A stretch of 64,000 bases of DNA, taken from assembly GCF_009914755.1 (NCBI RefSeq), contig NC_060939.1; one strand, written 5' to 3'. Positions within the stretch are counted from its first letter, which is position 1; every line of letters starts with the position of its first letter. The notes under the pieces are model-generated. The model saw only the letters and a list, made by a program, of their open reading frames with translations. It was not told where the DNA came from and ran no database searches. Positions 56,292 to 64,000 of the stretch are shown piece by piece. This stretch comes from the human T2T-CHM13v2.0 reference genome, Homo sapiens. The position numbers and the translations under genes are program-made.

Positions 56292-58600
56292 CTATTTTTA
56301 TTGAGGTATAATTTACATAAAAATTATTTTTAAATATATGATTTTAACTAACAAATATAGTCAGAGCTGTCACCATCAAGATAAAAAAAAAGTATTTCTG
56401 TTGCTTCCTAAAATTGACCTGTGATACTTTGTGATATCATTTCCACTCCTAGTCTCTAGTTGATCTAAATTCTGTCCCCAACATTTTGTCTTTTCCAAAA
56501 TATCATATAAATGGTATACAGAATGTAGTTTTTTGTGTGTTTGGCTTTTAAAATTAACATAATGCTTTTTAAATTCACCATACTGTTGTATATATCACAA
56601 TTCATTTCTTATTATTGCTAAATAGTATTCCATTGTATAAAGGTACCACAATTTATTTATCCATTCCTCAGGTGATAGACATCTGGATTGTTTCCATATT
56701 TCAGTGATTAAAAATACAGCTGCTATAAACATTTGCAAATGGTCCTCTCTGTGAACATAAGATTTCAGTTCTCTTGTGTAAACCTAAGGGTTGACTTATG
56801 GGGTCATATATTAAGGTGATGCTTAACCACCTTACAAACTGCCGAACTGTTTTCCAAAGAAACTATAGCTATTTGCTTGTTCAACAGCAACATAGGAGAG
56901 TTCCAGTTGCTCTGCATCTTTGACTTGGCATTGTCGGTTTGCTTAATTTTGGTCATTTTAGTAAGTATGTAAATCTCATTTATTCTTTTAGTGTTCAATT
57001 CTCTTATGATTAATAGTGTTGAGCATGTTTTTATGTGCTTACGCATACCTCTTTTTGGTGAAGTGTCTACTCAAATCTTTTGCTTCTTTTGATTGGGTTG
57101 TTTATTGTTATATTATATAATTGTGAGAGTTCTTTATGTAATCTAGATACCAGACCTCACAAATAGGTGTTTTGCAAATATTTTCTCCTAGTTTTTACCT
57201 TGTATTTTAATTTTCTTAACAATGTATTGTGAACAGCAGATTTTTATTTTGATGAAGAGTAATCTTTTGTGGTTTTTTTATTGTTGTGTGGGTATGTGTG
57301 TGCCCTATTTATGAAACCAATACTTCTCACAAGATCATAAAGATTTTCTTCTATGTTTTCTTCTAGAAATTTCACATGATTAGGTTTTACATTTAAGTCT
57401 ACTTCAAATTAAGTTTTGTATATGGTGTGGAGTACAGACTGGTTCATTTTTGCATGTGGATGTGTATTAGTACGTTTTCATGCTGCTGATAAAGACATAC
57501 CCAAGACTGGGCAATTTACAAAAGAAAGAGGTTTAATGGACTCATTCATAGTTCCATGTGGCTGGGGTGGCCTCACAATCATGGTGGAAGGTGAAAGTCA
57601 TGTCTCGCATGGCAGCAGACAAGAGAAGAGAACTTGTGCAGGGAAACTCCTTTTATAAAATCACTAGATATCAAGAGACTTATTCACCCTCATGAGATTA
57701 GCATGCGAAAGACCTGCCCCCATGATTGAATTACCTCTAACTGGGCCCCTCCCACAATATGTGGGAACGGTGGGAGCTACAATTCAAGATGAGATTTGGG
57801 TGGCAACACAGCCAAACCATATCAGGATGTCCAAGAGTTCCTGCAAGATTCGTTGACAAAACTATTCTTTGTTCATTGAATTATCTTGACACTTTTTCAA
57901 AAATCAATTGAGCATCTGTATGTAGATTTATTTCTGTACCTTATCCTTTTCTGTTGAATTATGTTATTCTTCCTCTAGTGCTACACTGTCTAGGCCACAG
58001 AAATTTTAAGTCTTTAACTCAGGTAGTATGAGTCCTCCAAACCTTTCTCTTTCTCTCAAAGTTGTTTTATTTTATTCTATTCTATTATATTCCTTTATAT
58101 TTCCATATAAAAGTGAGAATTATCTTGTCAATGTATATAAGAAGCCTGCTGTGATTTTAATTGGGATTGCATTGAATTGCTAGATTAAAATGAAAATAAT
58201 GAATGTTTTTAAAATATTGACTCTCCAAATACATGAACATGGTTTATGTCTCCACTTATTTATCTTTTCCTTGATTTATCCAAATTTTTTAGTTTTCAGC
58301 ATATAAGTGATGTACATATTTTGTTGGATTCATCCCTTAATATTTTTATGATTTGAAGCCATTGTAAAAGGTATTATTTCTTTCAACTTCAGTTACTCAT
58401 GTCTAGAATGCAGATATTCAGCTAATGCATGTGTATTGGTCTTGTATACTGTGACCTTGCTAAATCTACTCACTTTTTTTGAATTTTTAAAAATTTTCTT
58501 GGGGATATTTATCTTAGATAATCATGTTACATGCCTATAAAGATAGTTGTATTTATTCCTCTCTGGTCTGTATGCCTTTTATTTCTTTTTTTGGATTCTA
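56292..58600 (-). mobile_element. L1M (MC/MD-like) antisense, interrupted by THE1
   Basis: tttttattgaggtataatttacata 3' end; tagtattccattgtataaaggtaccacaatttatttatccatt; ORF2-like antisense sequence to ~58600. Confidence 0.78.
57463..57824 (-). mobile_element. THE1 (THE1A/B-like) MaLR solo LTR with TSD GGATG
   Basis: tgtattagt..ttttcatgctgctgataaagacatacccaagactggg ... gagatttgggtggcaacacagccaaaccatatca; ggatg at 57458-57462 and 57825-57829. Confidence 0.95.
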
Positions 58601-59029
58601 TTACCAATGGTATATACTTTAAAATATCATTTTTATTAATTGCTACTTGTATAGAGAAATTTTTGTAAATCTATATTTATTTACCTTGCTAAGCTCTTTT
58701 ATTCTAATAATTTGTCTGTAAATGTTTAGCTGCTTTACACAGACAATTATGTTATCTGCAAATAATAATGATTGCACTCTTCCCTTTCTAGAACTTATTT
58801 TATTTATTCTTGCCTTGCTCATGGGCTAAGAACCCCAGTATAATGTTAAATATAATAGTAATAAAATGCAAACTTGTTTTGCTTTTTATCTTAAAATAAA
58901 ATCTTTAAAATATTTACCATTAAGTAGGATGTTCATTTTAGATTTTTTTGTAAAACTCTTTTAACAATTTAAGAACATTTCCTTTGGCTCCTAATTATTT
59001 GCCGAGAGCTTGGAACAAAGATTTTCCAA

Positions 59030-59469
59030 TATTTCAAAAAGGATGTTATAAAAATATTGCCAATAAATTTATCATTATATAAATTTGACAAATTGGTAGT
59101 CATGAACTTAATAAAATTGACACACAAAAATAGATAATCTGAACAGTTCTATATAATCTTCTAATGATTATATATGTATAATTTAAAACCTTCTCAATTA
59201 GAAAACTCCAAACTCTGATGGCATCACTGGTGAAATCCACCAAATATGTGAACAAAGAATAATATCGATATTATGCAAATTTTTCAAGAGAACAATGAAA
59301 GAATACTCCCAACTGGTTTCATGAAGCCAACAAAACTTGACACCAAAGCCTGACTAAAACATTAGAGGAGAGGAAAAGTGTAACCAATCACAAATGTGAA
59401 AATGGATGCAAAATTTCTACATAGAATATTAGCAATCTAATTCAGCAATATATAAAATGATAATGCATT
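59030..59469 (+). mobile_element. old L1 ORF2 (RT N-terminal) fragment
   Basis: gatggcatcactggtgaaatccaccaaa, aatactcccaactggtttcatgaagcca, gatgcaaaa...aatattagcaa. Confidence 0.75.
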
Positions 59470-59710
59470 TGTTGGGGGGCAATTCTCAGTGAGTCTCTTC
59501 CATTTATGCATGTCTTATGAATAGAAGTACTGACTGACATTTTTTCCAGGCTATCTTGGCAAGAGAAAAATTTTGAACATAGAATTGGTATCTCCTCCTG
59601 ATACCAATTTTGCTGCTGAGCAAAGGCAAACATGCAGGACAAGTGTGGTTCTGACCATTATAAAAGATTTAAATTCCTTACGATCAAGGTTTCTCTCCTG
59701 TAATGTAGCG
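59470..59710 (+). mobile_element. LTR40-like ERVL LTR, 5' part
   Basis: tgttggggggcaattctc...gcatgtctt...actgactg...gagcaaaggc...ccattataaaagatt...ctctcctgtaa matches recalled LTR40. Confidence 0.7.
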
Positions 59711-59719
59711 ATATAAATG

Positions 59720-61100
59720 ATATTACAATAGGCAATAGGATCAAGTAGGTCCCAAGATTCAAAATGGATTGCTCCCACTCTTAGTATATGTGCATTTCTG
59801 CCACAATAGTAACTACCTCCAACACACCTAGACTCCTGGGAGTTTTCTATGACTAGACCACGTGTGAAGGGTTGCGGCCAACAGGTTTGGGGAAGACCTC
59901 TCAGAATAAGCTTAAAGTATGAGCATATATACATCCCATGAAAATTCTCACCAGAAGGCCTCTAGTACAGTGGTTCTTCATAACCAGATAGATAAAAGAT
60001 GGTATGCCCTAGGAGTATGAATTAAAGCACCAGGAAATAAAGGAAAGTTTATTCATGGATCCACCAACATGGATTAATTCTTATGTTCTGTACTCTAAAG
60101 ACTTTGTTGATGGAACTATGTAAAGGCCCAGTCCCTGTGTCCCCATTTCAAGACAAAATTGCAGGGCCATTCCAGATTTAGAACTCCCTATAGGGGCTGG
60201 CCAAGGACTTTGCATGATTGTTTCACAACTTCCTTCCAGTTCTCATCCTTTCACCCATCCAGAGCTGATGGTTCCTAGAGCACCCTTCAATGAACATCCT
60301 ACACACAAACCTATCTCCAAGTCTACTTTTCAAGGAATCTAATTTATGACACAGGTTAGACACAAGCTGGATTTGAGTTTTATTTCTCTATCTGTCATGC
60401 TATATATAACTCTACAATCTGTGGTGTTTCTGAAAACTTCATCGTGGAATCTTATGCAATATTGCTCCTGAACAAGGAGCAGACTTTTGGTAAAATAAGA
60501 TGTACAATGGGCTAAATTTCATGGGATTCACTAACTTTATCATCTATCTTATTGCAAAGTAAGCCGCTTAGAATAACAATGTATGCTCCAAACCAGAAAC
60601 AACAAATAATATTGTTTCTTTTATAGCCATATCCCAAGCATCTGGAAACCAAGCAGTTGACATAAGAGTGAAAAAATGAACAGAACTATCATGCCAAAAT
60701 ATTTTTGTAATGCGTACCTTCTCTGCTCAAATATTTCAGAGCCACTTTCCAAATTTACTTGCTTGTTCAAGTAATAACCCATTAATAACTTTTTACTCCA
60801 TCTTTTTAACTTTTGGTTCTATTGGTTTGAAGGTTTTGTACCTGTGAGATTTATGTTTCCAAGATGGAGCAATGCCAACTTAATGATAAATTGAGACTGC
60901 AGTTTGGGGGTCTTTGTGCCAAAAGGTAAATGGCAAAAATTAATATTTACAATATTGGCTGGGGGATAATCCTGATTATCCAGAAAAACATTTTGTAACT
61001 GTCATACAATAGGAGGTGTTTCAATGGAACCAGCAGATATCTCAAATGCCTCTTGATATTACTGCATCCAGTAATAAAAATTAAAAATTGCTACAACTCT
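59720..61100 (+). mobile_element. degraded ERVL internal sequence (pol RNaseH/integrase and dUTPase-like remnants)
   Basis: catgaaaattctcaccagaagg...taaccagatagataa (RNaseH-like); catgggattcac (integrase HGIH); tattggctggggg..atcctgattatc (dUTPase LAGxIDPDY-like). Confidence 0.55.
60090..60351 (+). mobile_element. LTR16-like ERVL LTR, 3' part
   Basis: cctagagcacccttcaatgaacatcctacacacaaacctatctccaagtctacttttcaaggaatctaatttatgaca. Confidence 0.65.
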
Positions 61101-61989
61101 AAATGAACAGCAATATCATGCCACAATATCTTTGTAAGTCATACTTTCTCTGCTCCAATAATTCAGGGCAACTTTCAAAATTTACTTCTTTCCTCACAAT
61201 GATACATATTTCTAAGTGAATTCCAACATGCCACCTTCTCTCTTTCGTTTTTTTTCATAAATTTACCACAACTTGACCTTTCTAACTTCCTCTCATACAC
61301 CTTTATCTGGTAATTAGAGTGTACATTAGTATAACAGAGTGTCTTTAAATGGTAAATATGTCAGCAACTGAATATAAGCAACTAAAATCTTCATTTTTTT
61401 TTCCTAGTGGTAAAGATTTGCTCAATATTTGCTGAAACGTGGATATTAGATAACTGTCTCAAGCCCAATAATCATCAGCAACAGAGGAGATTATCCCTAT
61501 GCTAATCATTCTATTCCCAGCCAAATGGTTTCTTAATTTACCTGATGGCCAGGATTCTGATTGTGATCTCCTAACATATGCTTGAATTCAGTGAAATGCT
61601 AATCACTGTTACACATTAGATAGTTAATTTACTAAGCATGCTGTTATAAAAATCTCCATTCTAAAATTCTATTTTCATATTGGTAGGCCATAGGTTCAAG
61701 GTCTGATATTGGTAGTAGATATTCTCAATTTAAACCAAATTGACAAACTAAATGTTGATAAATTTCCAGGACCAAGTGACCTCCACCTAACAACTTCTGG
61801 GGGAAGAAAACTCACAGTGAAATTACCCAAGTTATGGCTAAATCTATAATCTGTTGTTCTAAAATCTCTGGTCCAGAGGTCAGTCAGATTGCTAATGTAA
61901 CTCACACTTTTCCATGCATTCCAGAATCACTTACTTGTTAGAACTAACAATCAGTTTTATTAATGGGACTATTTATGAAGTAAATACAT

Positions 61990-63960
61990 AAAAACCAAGC
62001 AGTCTTCTATTTATATTATCAATAAGCACTTATTTTATTTAATGAGGGAAAATTATCAACAATAGCAACCTCCTAAAAATAAAACAAACAAACAAACCTA
62101 ATGATCTAGGGGATTAATAGTAAAACTGTGAAGTTATAGTAATAAAGTTCTAGAAATTCCCTAGAAAATAAATATCATAGTTCAGAAGAGAAAACAATAT
62201 TCTTAGAAATCAGTTATAAAATTAATATATAAATATAGTCCAATTTCTAACAAAACAGTGATAATTTTTATTAACTTGCTAGAATAATTCTTTTAAAATG
62301 ACAACATTACTGAATTGTATTTTACATATCATAAAAATCACTCCTTTCCAGTGCAATAAAATAAATTTTGGTAACCTTACTGCATGGTCTAGCCAAAATC
62401 CTAAATTAGTTTTAGAGCATTTCATCCCTACAAATAAGATCCCTTATTGCCATTTACAGTTATTTCCAGTTTCCATCGCTAGTCTCGTGTAACAACTAAT
62501 CGACTTTCTGTCTCTATAAATTTGCCTTTTCCAGGCATTTCATATAACTCAAATCATATATTATTAGATCTCTCGTGTCTAGCTCTTTCAATGAATGTAA
62601 TGTTTTAGAGGCTCATCGATGGTGTAGCTGTGTCAGTAGTTTGTTCCTTTTTATTGCTTACTAGTATTCCATTGTATGGATATAATTGCCAAAATAACTG
62701 TGAGGATAACAATGTAATAAATATGTTTAAAAAGCCAAAATATTTTGAAATTGTAAAAGACAGGAAAATCTCATCCAAGTGACAATACGAAGTATGATAA
62801 AATAAATTATGTGATATTGTTGCAGGAAATGCCAGACATATCAATTGAGAAAATTATAATATTTACACCTAGAGTCATTTATAAGAACTTAATATATGAT
62901 TTGAAATGGTACCTCAAATTGATTACTCAATTAGTGGTGTTTAGACAACTAGCCAAACACAAAAATAATCTTAAATCCATACTACACACCTGATACCCTA
63001 CAATGAAATTAACTCCAAGTGTTTAAAGATTCAAACATAAAAAGTGAAACCATAAACATACTAGGTGAATATTTATACAGTCCTTAATGCCATAAAGAAA
63101 AATGCTTAATACTTCAAATTTTTGAAATGTATGCACGACTGAAATTATTATAAATTGCAAATGACAAAAAGAGGAAATATTTACAGAATATAAATGTCTA
63201 ACAAGTGGCTCATATTTCAACACATAACATTAAAAGCGTGCTTGCCACACACTAAGAGAAATTCAGCCCCAAAACAAAAATATATCAAATAACCATATAA
63301 GTAAACGACCACGGAATGACAGAGTCAATAGAAGTAAATCCAATCTTACCATAAAAATACAAAGTAGCACCCTAAAGAAGTATGTATGAAATAAAATTTG
63401 ATATTTAAAAGGATTTTTAATGCTAATCTCTAGCATTAGCCATGGTGAGGGACAATAACCCCTCTCATATTCTTCTGTTGATCATGTACATTAAGTATAA
63501 CCTCTATGGAAGACAATCAGGAAAAACATCACAGAAGTCACAAAAACATAGTGCATATTCTGACTCAACAATTGACTTCTAGGATTCTAAGGGCAGTCAT
63601 GGATACTTGTTTATAATAGTAAAATCTAAAAGCACTAAAATTTTATCTAACAGTAAAGGATTATTCAATGAATTATAATAAATTCCTACAATTGAATTAT
63701 CTTTTGCCAATAAAATGTTGAGACATATTTATAGGAATGACATGAAAAGAAATATTGGTAAGAAATATTGTTTTAAAATGCAGATTTTATAATAGTTTTG
63801 GCTATGTGATCCTGTATTTCAAAAAAAGCAATATACATTTTCAAAATATAGAAAAGAGAGAGACTGATTCAGTGGTGGCCATGATCATCATAATTCCTAC
63901 TGATGGAAAGATAATGAGTATATTTAGAATGAACTTAAAATACAAAATTATTTGGCTCAT
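61990..63960 (+). mobile_element. very degraded L1ME-like sense element, interrupted at 62290-62690
   Basis: aaattaactccaa...aaagattcaaacataaaaagtgaaacc; aacctctatggaagacaat; tgactcaacaattgacttctagga. Confidence 0.55.
62290..62690 (-). mobile_element. old L1M 3'UTR fragment
   Basis: actaatcgactttctgtctctataaatttgccttttccaggcatttcatataa...tagtattccattgtatggatata. Confidence 0.75.
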
Positions 63961-64000
63961 CTGTATTTTCCAAATTATTTACAATTAACATGTATTACTT

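Overview
AT-rich, CpG-depleted primate genomic DNA. AluY and an L1PA2-type element point to human or another great ape. I can support no protein-coding exon. The window looks intergenic or deep-intronic and is dominated by interspersed repeats. These are one young 5'-truncated L1PA2 with a perfect 15-bp TSD, a near full-length ancient L1MB, several other L1PA/PB/M fragments, about 10 Alu/FLAM/FRAM, MaLR and ERVL LTRs (MLT2, MLT1C, MLT1A, MST, THE1, LTR40, LTR16), ERVL internal remnants, DNA transposons (MER47A, MER3, MER20, Tigger2a, MER5) and many MIR/L2. Many insertions are nested. Nearly all long ORFs in the track are L1 ORF1/ORF2 remnants, Alu read-throughs or low-complexity sequence. I found no evidence of a novel multi-gene system. 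The best leads are small: a tailless 5'-half tRNA-Gln retrocopy, a templated inverted insertion inside an MST LTR, an 87-bp dispersed duplication in ERVL remnants, a closely spaced head-to-head Alu pair, a DUX4 motif in the THE1 LTR, candidate non-coding exons on the minus strand, and a unique-sequence 104-codon ORF behind a strong splice acceptor. Repeat subfamily names come from my recall of consensus sequences and need RepeatMasker/Dfam confirmation. Boundaries of old elements are approximate.
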